A stretch of DNA of 64,000 nucleotides from Mytilus trossulus (Eukaryota), in the NCBI RefSeq assembly GCF_036588685.1, contig NC_086383.1, positions 17,298,001 through 17,362,000 on the forward strand. Direction: 5' to 3'. Below the pieces are notes generated by a model. The model saw only the letters and a list, made by a program, of their open reading frames with translations, was not told the DNA's origin and did not search any database. This document shows, in pieces, positions 41,190 through 53,065 of the stretch (the stretch's first letter is position 1; each line of letters starts with the position of its first letter). Made by a program: the position numbers and the translations under genes.

Positions 41190-42100
41190 ATATCGAACAG
41201 TTTATCCGCTTTTTAAATTTACCCTTTGTAACCCAATACTTTTCTTTGTAAGAGTTATCTCCCCAAACACTGTTTTCCTTGAGTCCACAACTCCTTCGCA
41301 ACCATAAAAGATTACGACAAATTTATTTTACAAAATTGCTCGTTATATCCTTTACATAATTTGTCTTATTTTGGCCAAAGCGATATGAACGCTCCACATG
41401 AGAGTTATTTCTCCTTATGTATTTGGTATAAGTGATATGCATCTCTATCTTGTTAACCATAAGTGATAGAGAACTAGGATCTTTTGATTTGAGGTCCTTG
41501 GTAAAAAAAAATAAAAAAAATAGGTCAAGGTCAAAGGTCAAGGTCATATTCTTATTTTTGAATTTGGCTTATTTTCACTCATTTCAAGAAACTGTATAAG
41601 ATATCAACAAATTATTTTTCTTAATTGTAAGTTGCAACATGTCGTTACACGTAAATTTTGATTGCAAGGGTACGTTGAACGGAAATACGAGTTTTCTCCC
41701 CTATTGTATTTAAAAATCTGCGAATGGTGATATAACTGATTAACCAAATATAATTAAGACCTATGGTCTTTTGATTTGAGGTCCTTGGTTTATGACCTTG
41801 AAAATGATCTCAAGGTCATAGCTTAATTTGACGTTCTTGTTTTTACCTCACATGTATACATGATAAAGCCATGAGACTTTTGGCTAAAGGTATCAAACCA
41901 TTTCACCTTGAAAAAAGCCACCGGAAGTGACCTTGTATTAACCGGAAGTAACTATTTTTTGTACTTTATTATTATTATAAAAGTATATATAATCATATAT
42001 TTTTGGAATCAGCGTACAATAAGCTATCATTTGACGATTGCAATGGCATTTTAAACTTAATTTTACAACTTTCATATACATTGTTTTTGGTGGGAAGACC
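41190..42100. repeat. Dispersed repeat with AGGTCAAGGTCA/TGACCTTG motifs
   Basis: GGTCAAGGTCAAAGGTCAAGGTCA and duplicated TCTTTTGATTTGAGGTCCTTGGT blocks. Resemblance to bivalve Helitron/Helentron-derived repeats is from memory, not from a search. Confidence 0.45.
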
Positions 42101-42356
42101 TTTGATTATATTTTTGTGATGCTTTTGGCAAGTGATGTTTTTAACTGTTTAATAATCACTTTGATGTATTCAAAGGGGATGTAATGACGTCGCAAACGTA
42201 AAATGTTTTATTTTTCGTTATCTCGAATTGTGTCATATTTGGGAAAAAAGTATTTTTTTCGGCTGATTTCAATCATAAGAGAAAATAAACCTTTCAGTTA
42301 GCTGTTTCGGATGATTTAACTAATACAACTTATTTTGCCTGTATTATTTTTGTCCA

Positions 42357-42400
42357 GCATCACTTATGAGTCTTTTGTAGACGAAACGCACGTCTGACGT
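42357..42400 (+). ncRNA. Decayed hammerhead ribozyme (retrozyme relic)
   Basis: GCAUCA-CUUAUGA-GUCU-uuugu-AGAC-GAAA-CGCACG-UC-UGACGU; core G>U substitution. Confidence 0.6.
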
Positions 42401-42679
42401 TCAATGTGTAATACCACCATTGATTTTCCCCTATTATTCTTTGTTAAATTTAAACTTTTCAAAAAAAATAATGGCAAAATTTATCTTCGTATATAACCGG
42501 ATGTGACGTACCATGATTTGGTGTTATTACACCTCAAATGATAAGATTGGTATCCTTAATGAGTTTTTTTTTGTATATTTGTTTGTAGTTTTAACTTGGA
42601 CATCTTGTTATATATTTTGTGAAACTTTTGACAAATGATTTTATTTTAACTGTTTAATAATTACACTGATGAATTCAGA

Positions 42680-43290
42680 AGGGAGGCAATAAAGTCGGTA
42701 ACGTAAAATGTATTTTTTTGTGATCTCAAACTTTAACATATTTTGAACAGAAGTACTTTTTTGGCTGATACAATCATAAAATTGAAAACCAGTACATGGA
42801 CCCAACTTTTTTAAAATGACATTTGGCTGATTATGTTGGAAGATTATTTGCACCGTAATGTAATTTTTGTGAACAAACGATCAATTTAAAAAAAAAATGA
42901 TATATATATATATATATATAGTACAGCTAACAAAAGCTGTTTTTCTTCTTCTACAATGATTAAATAAAATTTAAAAAAAATCTTCCAAATAATTGTTACT
43001 AAAATTTAGAGTATACTTATGTAAAGAATATATTTCAAATGTTGTTCTTTTTTACACCCGCTTGTGTTTTTTTTTTTTTTTTTTAAATTAAGAATGTCTG
43101 CCTAAAAGGATTAAAATTTCTAAGAACCCAAAATTTGCAGTAAATGAATATCATTTTGACCCCATTTATTTTTAAAGTAGCACATGAAGGTATTTTTTTT
43201 ATCACATATTTGAATTGGCTAGGTGAAAAAAAGTTTGGACAAGATTAAAAAAAAATCACCGTGGGATCAAACTTTATAGTGTTGGCTTTA
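42680..43290 (+). mobile_element. Old decayed copy of the Kolobok-like MITE
   Basis: Shares AACGTAAAATG, CATGGACCC, AAAGTAGCACATGAAGGTATT and GGATCAAACT blocks in the same order as 29887-30505. Confidence 0.6.
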
Positions 43291-43764
43291 ATAAGTCGCT
43301 TTGGTTTCGTCTTCCTGATATAAATCTAAGATATTATAAATCAACAAGGAAGAAGGTATAGTTCTTAGTGTATTTCCCCCCTTAGAATCAAAATATTGCA
43401 GATTTATTCGTTTAATGGTACGATTTGACTACTATTACCAAAAGTCCACGTATTCTTGCATATTTAGGACGCATTATCAATCGTAAGCTTTAAAATCATG
43501 TTTTATATTTAAGTAAATAATTGTTTAACTTGGTGATAAGGTGTTCTTAACTAAATGACACCATGCTTTTGTGCTCTAATATTCATGAAAACATTATACT
43601 AGACTCATTCTTTATATGAATTAACTCGTAGTAGAAATTAAAATGTTATCAGGATAGGTTAATTGGTGTTTCCTCAGCATCTAATAACAAGTATTTCACT
43701 CATAACCTGTACGAATAATTTGTTTTACCAGACGAGCGAAGTATGTTCATCTTTTTTTGAGTTT

Positions 43765-43862
43765 AAGAAGACATGAAAAATTAAAAAGAAGACATGAAAA
43801 ATTAAAAAGAAGACATGAAAAATTAAAAAGAAGACATGAAAAATTAAAAAGAAGACATGAAA
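43765..43862. repeat. 22-bp tandem repeat x4.5
   Basis: AAGAAGACATGAAAAATTAAAA repeated ~600 bp upstream of the cGLR start codon. Confidence 0.95.
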
Positions 43863-44440
43863 CCTAATGAGACCGGACGAGGATATTTTTCTCAATCTGC
43901 CACAGATTTAACGCACATATTGTAAATTGAAGTGCGGTTAAAAAAATAGATGGGAAAAACATATTCATTCTAACGTTCAAATTGAAATTTGAAAGGTTTG
44001 TAAATGATGTAGAAAAAAGGGGTGGTCAAATAGACGTCGAAAAGGTATTCTTTCTTTTATATACTATTTAACTTAGTGGCAAAAGATACCAGAGGATCGG
44101 TCGAACTCATTAACCGAAAACAAACTGACAACGCTATGGCTAAAAATGAAAAATACAAACAGACAAGTAATAGTGCACAAGAAACAACATAGAAAACTAA
44201 AGAATGAGAAACACGAACACCCCCAAAAATTGGTGGTGATCTCATATGCTCCGGAATGGTATACAGATTCGACTCCACATGTGGCACCCGTCGTGTTGCT
44301 AATGTTATTACAAACCCGATAATTAGTCTAATATTAAACTAATAGATAGTTGTTATATACTTTAAGAAGACAGATACAATAAAATATCATTGATGTTATT
44401 ATTTTTTAGATTTTACAGCTAATAATACTAAAACAAACAA

Positions 44441-45159
44441 ATGTCACGAAAGAGAGAAGATTCTTTACGCTTTTACGAATACTTGTGTCAGAAAATTGGT
44501 TCTGAAGAGGATGTTAAAGCTAGACGACTAACTTCTATTGTTTGTGATATGGGGAATGTATGTTTTAATCAATTCAGAAGTGGGAGTAACGGCGAAGGAC
44601 TACATTTAAAAGGTAGTGATATTGATGTCATGATAATAAATTGCCAGTGTGTAGTGTATGAAAGTTTTAGTGATATTCGTATTGAAAATAAGAAAAAAAA
44701 GTTCACTTTAGTGATGGACACAGAAGATACGCAGCCATGTTTTACTAAACTAAGAATTCTATGTAAATGTACCCCTACATGTATTTCTGATAAACTAGCA
44801 TACGATGACCACAAAGGTAGAGTGCTTTCCAGCAAAACGTTTAAAGAGATTCAACTTGATAACTGTTCCACAAAATTAAAACCTATTAACAAAATACATG
44901 GTCCATGTTTAACAGACGAATTGGGCCAAATAGATTTAGCGGTATGCCTCAAGTGTGATAAATGGATATCTCAATCAGAACAATGGATAAAAAGATCCCG
45001 TGGAAAATGGCCCACGTCTGATGTAATTTCAAAAATCATATCTTGTGGTGTTTTGTTTGTACCAGTAGGCATCAAAGAATCAATTAATGAACACATTGAA
45101 TGGAGAATGTCATATTCCGTAGCGGAAAAAATTCTAATATTTTCTTTCAATCATACACA
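44441..45159 (+). pseudogene. cGAS-like receptor (Mab-21/cGLR nucleotidyltransferase), 5' part, disrupted by LTR insertion
   Basis: NTase motif SGSNGEGLHLKGSDIDVM, third acidic residue in QIDLAVCL, Mab-21 motifs HGP, W..RSR..WP, GVLFVPVG and EWRMSYSVAEKILIFSFNHT. Confidence 0.92.
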
Positions 45160-45746
45160 TGTAGCAGTTAGGATTATTATGTCATAATTATTTCCCTTGT
45201 TTAAAACTATAAATTTCATATTTCTTAATTTGATGATTTAGATTAAGCTTATTCAGTACATATTTGTTAAATTGCATAGCTTTTGCTTTTTGAAATCATT
45301 AGTTAGAGATATTTATCTTAATTGTAAAGTTTAATATTTGCATCGTTGCAATTTCTCTGGATACCTTCTGCGAGAGATTTAAATATTTTATATAACTAGT
45401 TTTAGATTCTTATTTTGAATCCTCTGAGGACTGACATTCAGTCCAACCAAGGAAAGCCAGGCTTTCCAACCATCGATTACATTAGTGCATTTGCTACATG
45501 CCTCCTTAGTACTGTTAATTGAAGTCTTTTGAATGCTCCATTTCTACATATATTTGGCTTTACATGATAACAGTTGTACTTTGCAGATTAAATTATTTAT
45601 TGTTTTCAGTTTTTGGTTTTCATTTACTTAGATTTATTACAGCTCATCACTTTTGGACTCAGTCGTTTTCCGTACACATCAGTTTACAAACTAGAATTAG
45701 CTGTGGTCCGCATCCCCGAATCTTAGGCAGAATTATTCCGGCTACA
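45160..45746 (+). repeat. 5' LTR
   Basis: Direct repeat of 47861-48447 with 6 substitutions seen; TG...CA ends. Confidence 0.96.
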
Positions 45747-45954
45747 TTTGGTAGTGCGGGTGGGGTGTGGAATTCTAAAGCAGCTTTTCTGGTTTGTAAC
45801 TGAACTAAATTATACTAAGAAATGGAGTAGACATTTGAGTCAATACTTGTTGTAACTGAATATGACAGTCCTCAGCAGACCAGTTTTGAATAGTTATTTG
45901 TGGGGTATTTTATTTTCATAGTTTGGTTCATTTTGTAAATGTATATTTATAGTC

Positions 45955-46752
45955 ATGATTAGGTTTGAAGAAAAACCTTGTTTGTTTGATGGTATCAGCA
46001 TTGATATTACTGATTATTTTGTTCATTTTGAGACGGTTTCTCTATGGAATCAGTGGAATGAATTTGAGATGGCATGTCAGTTGATAATGAATCTGAGAGG
46101 TGATGCTCAAACTACTTTACGTTTCTTAGAAAGGCCACAGTTGTATGATTATGACTGCTTGAAAAATGTTCTTATTCAGAGGTTCAATCCCAAGGAGAGG
46201 GTGGCATATTTTAAATTTCAACTGCGAGTTTGCAGTTTAAAGGAAAATGAAACAATTTCTGAGTTTGGTCAGCGTTTTAAGATACTAGCTCATAAGGCTT
46301 ATCCTGATAATTTTTCCGATTTGGATTTGTATTTTACTGACTTATTTACATCATGTTTGAATATTGAGATGGCTAAATTTGTCACTTTTAAACACCCTCA
46401 TAGTTTAGATGAGGCTTTATCACTGGCTGTGGAATATGAAGCTGTTCATTTTTCTGGTGATCCTGAGATTACTGATAAGTTCGAAAGTTCAGTTTGTTGT
46501 AATAATGTTCACACAAGTTTTGAAATTTTAATTAATATATTGAGGAGGCGATTAAGATCACGAAGGAAACGTAAACCAAAGAGATGTTTTAAATGTCATC
46601 AGTTAGGTCATGTCAGGTCTAAGTGTTCCAACGCGTCTTCTATATGTCATTCTAGAGATTACAGGTCTGCAAATAGTCAAGCGAAGATCTCAGAAATAGG
46701 CGAGATGTTAAAGAATGATAATTGTAGTTCAGATTGTGTAACCTTTGTTTAA
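45955..46752 (+). CDS. gag: Gag protein (capsid-like region plus CCHC zinc knuckle)
   Basis: KP..FDG....DY..HFE.V...N.W motif, L..RF, Q/E..E.ISEF and the knuckle CFKCHQLGHVRSKC preceded by a basic tract; uninterrupted 265 aa. Confidence 0.9.
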   Translation: MIRFEEKPCLFDGISIDITDYFVHFETVSLWNQWNEFEMACQLIMNLRGDAQTTLRFLERPQLYDYDCLKNVLIQRFNPKERVAYFKFQLRVCSLKENETISEFGQRFKILAHKAYPDNFSDLDLYFTDLFTSCLNIEMAKFVTFKHPHSLDEALSLAVEYEAVHFSGDPEITDKFESSVCCNNVHTSFEILINILRRRLRSRRKRKPKRCFKCHQLGHVRSKCSNASSICHSRDYRSANSQAKISEIGEMLKNDNCSSDCVTFV

Positions 46753-47860
46753 TGTTTGTTTTTACATTGTGTTGTATATTTATAGTTTTACTTTATATTT
46801 ATTTCAAAGTACTCAGAGGTGTCACACGCCTCAATTTTGGCTGTTTGGTTTTCCTTTTTCAAAGGGAGGGATGTTGAACACCCCAACTTGTTTTATTTTT
46901 CATTTTCAATACTGGCTTGAATTATAATGGCTGATTTCCTGTGTAGTTTCAAGTGTAGACTGTTAGCTAGTTTTAGTAGGAATTGGTTTGTTTAAATGAG
47001 TTGTTGCTCGTTTGTCTGGATTGTAATCTCTAGCTAAATATTAAGTATTTAGGGAGTTTATGAGAGTCCGACTTTTTGACTTTTGTCATGGCAGAAACCA
47101 ATAGAGTGAAAGTTAAGCTTGAAGTTAGGAACACTTCTAGCTCATACAGATGGATCTAATCCATAATTTAGAACCTTGCAATTAAGATGGGCATCGTCCA
47201 TTTTATTTTGAGAATCTTGCTATAACATTTGGGCATCATCCAACTTTATTTTGAGAACCTTGCATATAGATGGACCCGATCCATCTCCGGTGGCACAAAG
47301 TCTGTGTTACCGTTATCAACAACGTTGGATTGCAGTAATAGGACCCGGTGGTACACGTCAAATGTGCCACTGTGATATCAACATTGGTGGACATTGCCTG
47401 GTATAACTTTTCATGATGGATTTAAACTGTTAGCTGTGCCGTTACCCTATATGCCGTACCACTGATTCTGAAGCCTACGTACCAAGAAGACCTCAAGTTG
47501 CGTCCCTTATTCTTTGAAACTGATGCCGATGTGTGTTTGTGTATACGTTAAACAGTGACATTTATTTAAAAGTGATAGTTTGACCCTTGCTTGAAAGACA
47601 TTTAATCTGATGTACATTAATTTCCAAATGTTATTCCATTTACATTTGTTTCCGAAGGGAGGAGGAGGGTATCAGACTGGTGTTGTGATCTCATTGAACA
47701 TTCTCGTGATTCGACTTTAAAAGATGAATATTTTGGATTTAATGTTTGATCCTGACATTTGGATTTTGCGTGCGTATTGATGCAGAAACATGAATATGAT
47801 AGACATTTCAGTTTGTAGACTTTATTAATGAAATTTATTGTTTGTCTTAGGGGGGAGGAA

Positions 47861-48447
47861 TGTAGCAGTTAGGATTATTATGTCATAATTATTTCCCTTG
47901 TTTAAAACTATAAATTTCATATTTCTTAATTTGATGATTTAGATTAAGCTTATTCAGTACATATTTGTTAAATTGCATAGCTTTTGCTTTTTGAAATCAT
48001 TAGTTAGAGATATTTATCTTAATTGTAAAGTTTAATATTTGCATCGTTGCAATCTCTCTGGATACCTTCTGCGAGAGATTTAAATATTTTATATAACTAG
48101 TTTTAGATTCTTATTTTGAATCCTCTGAGGACTGACATTCAGTCCAACCAAGGAAAGCCAGGCTTTCCAACCATCGATTACATTAGTGCATTTGCTACAT
48201 GCCTCCTTAGTACTGTTAATTGAAGTCTTTTGAATGCTCCATTTCTACATATATTTGGCTTTACATGATAACAGTTGTACTTTGCAGATTAAATTATTTA
48301 TTGTTTTCAGTTTTTGGTTTTCATTTACTTAGATTTATTACAGCTCTTCACTTTTGGCATCAGTCGTTTTCCGTACACATCAGTTTACAAACTAGAATTA
48401 GCTGTGGTCCGCATCCCCGAATCTTAGGCAGAATTGTTCCTGCTACA
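47861..48447 (+). repeat. 3' LTR
   Basis: Preceded by the polypurine tract AGGGGGGAGGAA; perfect terminal IR TGTAGCAG/CTGCTACA. Confidence 0.96.
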
Positions 48448-48451
48448 CACA

Positions 48452-49697
48452 ATTGCTTTGTTATGCGCTGTTAAAAATTTTCCTGAAAGAATTAATTGAC
48501 AATGACGAATGTCTGAAAGGTTTGCTTTGTTCGTATTTTATAAAAACACTCATGTTTTGGATCTTAGAAGAGTCCGACTCGTCAAAATGGAGACCGGATA
48601 ATATTATTTTGTGTTTTCAAGCATGTATACACAAACTATTGTACTGTGTAGACTATGAAATATTGTCACATTATTTTATTCCAGAAAAAAATTTGTTCCA
48701 CTTACGGTTCAATGGTATTAATAGGAACAAATTGTGCAATTTACTCAAAATTTCATATCAACAAGGAGAACAATGTTTGTTCTCTACTGCGACACTTAGA
48801 TTTTATCCAAACTGTTCATCTGAAATCAACCAATTTCTACGTCGTAATGCAAGATTGGTCAATGAGATCAGAAAAAGCTTTTCTTGTGGTTGGTATGCAG
48901 CGGAACAAAATAAACATTTGCTTTTGAACACATTGCTTCATTATTCTAGAAGTGGAATGTCTGCAGATATTTTTACTTTTTTTCTGTCACGTGCACATCA
49001 GATTATACCACAATGTTCAGACATTCCAAAGGGTCCAAACAAACAAAAATATGTCAAGTATAAAAGTATCATCAGTCATCTACTTATAGGTTTACATTCA
49101 GATGCAGTGACTGGGTGGATGATGTTGGCCTCTTTCTTTTATGAACGAACATATTACTGTACATCATTATTTATAATAAATCACGCTTTGATGAAGTGTA
49201 CAGACGAGAAAATTCAACTTGAGTCATTTCTTTCTGAGAGAATTCTGAACGTGGACCAGATATATGCATTGAATAAGATTGGAAACGAAAAGCTTATAAA
49301 ATCCTTGAAAACATTGACAACGAAAGATCTACTTTTTCCTACAAGATCCTTAATTATACCAATAGAACTACAACAGGATGTCCACGACCGAGAATTAGTT
49401 ATTCATCCTAAACCATTTGCACATTTCCTTGGGTTTCTATGTTGCTACCATTTGAAGGACGTTCTGTCAAGCGCTCATTTTTTGCGCCAGTTAATAGACC
49501 ATCATAACAGTTGTTGTATTAAAATGGAAGAAAACTCACTTTGTTTTTTGGATAATCTTATATGTATTGGCATAGCTTTCAAGATGCTAGGTTTAACAAA
49601 GAGGGCAAGATTTTGTTTCCAAGAAGTATCTTCGACTGATGAAGACAACTTAACAAGTGCAAATATACGACTGTCCGAATTAAATCTTCATGACTGA
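48452..49697 (+). pseudogene. cGAS-like receptor, 3' part (Mab-21 C-lobe plus helical/TPR-like tail)
   Basis: LLCYALLK...LCSYFIKTLMFW..EE...HYFIPEKNLF. Removing the element and one TSD copy restores FSFNHT-Q-LLCYALLK and an open 654-aa frame. Confidence 0.92.
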
Positions 49698-50227
49698 ATT
49701 CTCAATCAAATCATGTTTTTTAGATTATTTAATTATATAAAGATTTGTCTTTAAAATCATATAGATGCTGCAAGTAAACGCATACAAAATATGCAAAAGA
49801 ATATTTCATATTAACAATTTCTTTTTACGGAACAAAAATAGAACTTCTTTAAAAACATAAATTGTATCTCAACCAGAATCCTATGTATGATGACTTTTAT
49901 ATCCAAACGATACTAGAATATTCTTTATTTATTTAGCAGGTGTAAAGTATACACCTTTTACTTATCCAAACAAAATCTGCTGGGCTTCATTGGAGGTTGG
50001 GTTCAAACTAGGCTTATTAACTGGTCTTAGTAACTCTTATGAAATTGTCATTTAATAATGATATTGGTGTAGTGCTGTCGCACTACTGTCCTAGTTAGAG
50101 GAGCATTTCGCGCCCACTTAAATGCGTTACCCGCCAAAATTCTATGTGTGCATCTCCAGTTAAAAGCATGTTAAAAAACTCATCATAGATACAAGGACTA
50201 AATTTTGTATATACGCCAGACGCGTAA

Positions 50228-50456
50228 TACAGTGGTTGTCGTTTGTTGTTTTTCGTGTATTGCTTTGTACTTAAAACAAGTCTTTTGTTTCTTGTTTGAA
50301 TTGATTTACACTTTCCATTTCGGGGCATTCTATAGCTTGATATAAGGTATAGATTTTGCGCATTGTTGACAGTCGTAAGGTGGTATATTTCTACGTCAAT
50401 TGGTCTCCAGTGGAGAGTTGTCTCACAAGCAATCATACCACATCTTACTATTTTTA
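50228..50456 (-). repeat. Third copy of the dispersed repeat family, adjoining a truncated retrozyme end (50178-50225)
   Basis: CAGTGGTTGTCGTTTGTT...GCAATCATACCACATCTT, shared with 34240-34494. Confidence 0.65.
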
Positions 50457-52860
50457 TTAAGTTCGTGCCATCCGAAAAATAATACTCCCACTATTTAAAA
50501 GCATTTAAAAACTGTATTGAACCAGTACATAAACACGAGATAATAAACATTTTAAAAAGAAATACCTTGATCAAATGTTTTAAGAGAAATACATTTTTGG
50601 AACTATATAGCCTTTGACAAGTGATGCCATTTTTTATAATTTTTTTAGGTTCTTTGTTACAATAAATGGAAGGTTAATTATATGTAGTAACTAAATGAGG
50701 GGTTATACCTTTGAGGAATGACTGTAATATTTTTTTCTGTCTATGGAGAAATAAAATAAAAAATTTGGTGCACACTAAAAAACGCGTGTAGCGGGTTATT
50801 TAACAGTGTGCTCCACATTTTTCGAATAGACAGGAAAATATTACAGTCATTTCTTATAATATTTCTAAATTCCAATTTTAACCGTAGAAAACCATGAAAA
50901 AACATTGATGACGTCACGGTCACATGCCTAAATTATGTCTATGGGCTGATAACAAAATAACGTCAGCCAATCAGAAGACGCGTAAAATCCAAAATTAAAG
51001 TACATGTATTTGTATTTAGGCAACAACAGTTTACCGATGTTCAAATACCATGAAATATTAAGAAGACATAAATCAAGGTTTAAAAAAATATAAAACTGAT
51101 GGGTTTACATGAACTGCAAAAAAGCGAGATTTGGTTATTCTTGCTATGCATGCATTACAAGATATGCGAATACACACGTAGTTAAAACTGTCTCAATTGG
51201 AACAGAACAAAACTTGTAATTGACGACTTTTCTGAGATCAAACGATGTGAAATTACAATTACTTGTCGCCAGTGAGTTGAGACACACACATGTCGTATCG
51301 TCAACCTGTTGGGGATGGTGACTGAAACATGTACGAAGTGTAGGTTTTATCTGTGTCCCTACACATCTCTGTTGAGGCAGCTTTTGTTTAAGGAGTACAA
51401 CCCAAGTAATAACGTCCGAATGAACGAGTATAACATATTGAGTAAGTTATGTGAACGTTATACGATGGGAAAGATAACTTCTAAGAACTTGAAAGGTGAC
51501 AGTTTGAAAGTTCAAATTCTCACGGATTAGATTCTTTTTTATAGTCGAGAATCGTTGTTCAAATCGAAGAAACAAAAAGGATAAAAATCAGGCCTTCTAG
51601 TTTTAGTAGTATTCATAATTTCAAACGTACTGAGATGTTGGTTATTGAGTGATATCTGAAAGCGTAATTCAATAATTTAAGAATTTGCAAGATATGTTTG
51701 CATCTATATTTTATATGTCCGTCTATCATGTTAACATACGCTGTAATTGGATATGAAATTGTTGAAATCCCCTCTTTTGTAGTCCAAAATTATTTGTTAT
51801 TGATATTTTCCCCAGTAGGAAGCTCCTGCAGTCTTCCTATAATACCGGTATTATTTTCTTACTTTTATTGTAAGATATAATATATTATATATTTTTAAGT
51901 TAATTTAAATGTAATTTGCGAGAACGAAAAAAACAATTATAATCAGACATTTGACAAAAATAAATGTTTTATACTATTTACTGCAGGCTCATTTCGTCCT
52001 TCAATTGTTTATATATTATACTTTGACCTCATGTTACACATTTATGTGTCTGAGCGTTATCAATAAATCTTGAAAATCTTGAATCTATTTACGACAGTGC
52101 CCGCGACAGTGACATGAGTATAGAAAGAGAAATCTATTCCAAGCATGCGCGCGATACATTTAGGCTGAAAATATCAAAATAAAACAAAATAATGATTATA
52201 AAAGTTTCTTTTACCTCATCAATCAGTTTAAATTTTTACTCTTGGTTTGAAACAAGAAAACGTGTCATTAGTGAGCTAGTATTTCGAGGTAAATGGATGT
52301 GTTAAGTATGATTTACAGGTTTGTATTTTCAAAAGTATAAATTTAATTTCTATTTTGTTTTTGGTAAATTTATAAAGCACATTCTGTTAGATTTGTGAAC
52401 CTTCAGACAAAAAAGGGGTTCACTTTCGTAAATCGGTTAACTGTTGAATAATCACTTTAATAATGGATTTTAACTATAGTCTAAATTCACCTCAAACTTA
52501 GATGGTTCGATTTCATCTACACATGATAGATAAGGAAGAAGGAACATATTAAAAAAAAATTGTGTGTATTTTCACTTATAAAATCAAAATATTACAAGCT
52601 AGATCGTTGCTGTTGCTTTAAGTCAACTTATAAATGTTTCTTGTATAAAGAGGAAGAATTTTAAAACTGAGCTTTCAAGTAAGTTTTTTTTATGTTTATG
52701 GAATTATCAATTCATTTGTTTTTTATCAAGAGTTCATAACTTTGTGCCATCATAATTTGTTGCTTTGTGCATATTCGTAGAATACATAATATCATACAAT
52801 TGTTTATGTGTAATTGACAAAAAAATATTATCGTGATATATTGAGTGTTATTTCTGATAA

Positions 52861-53065
52861 ACTCATCATAGATACCATGATTACGTTTTGTATTTACGCA
52901 AGACGCGCGTTTCGTCTACAAAAGATTCATCAGTGACGCTCGAATACAAAAAAGTTTAAGGGGCCAATTAAAGTACGAAGTTGAAGAGCATTGAGGACAA
53001 AAATTCCCAAAAGTCGTCCAAATGCAGCTTAGGTTTTCTATTCCTTAGGTAGAAAAGCCTTAGTA
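52861..53065 (-). mobile_element. Partial retrozyme-like copy with hammerhead at 52896-52939
   Basis: Minus strand GCGUCA-CUGAUGA-AUCU-uuugu-AGAC-GAAA-CGCGCG-UC-UUGCGU; flank AAGTTGAAGAGCATTGA shared with 38909. Confidence 0.7.

Larger units (their letters stand above)
45160..48447 (+). mobile_element. Non-autonomous gag-only LTR retrotransposon (Ty3/Gypsy-like), 3288 bp
   Basis: 587-bp LTRs TGTAGC...GCTACA, 4-bp TSD CACA (45156-45159, 48448-48451), PBS-like TGGTAG at 45749, PPT at 47849-47860, single gag ORF, no pol. Confidence 0.95.

Noticed and set aside
45749-45766. Assignment of the PBS to a specific tRNA
   Set aside because: Only TGGTAG matches the initiator-Met 3' end as I recall it; the primer cannot be named without the species tRNA set.
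45519-45803. Twin ORFs MKSFECS... (also 48220-48474)
   Set aside because: Chance TTG-started frames within the two LTR copies.
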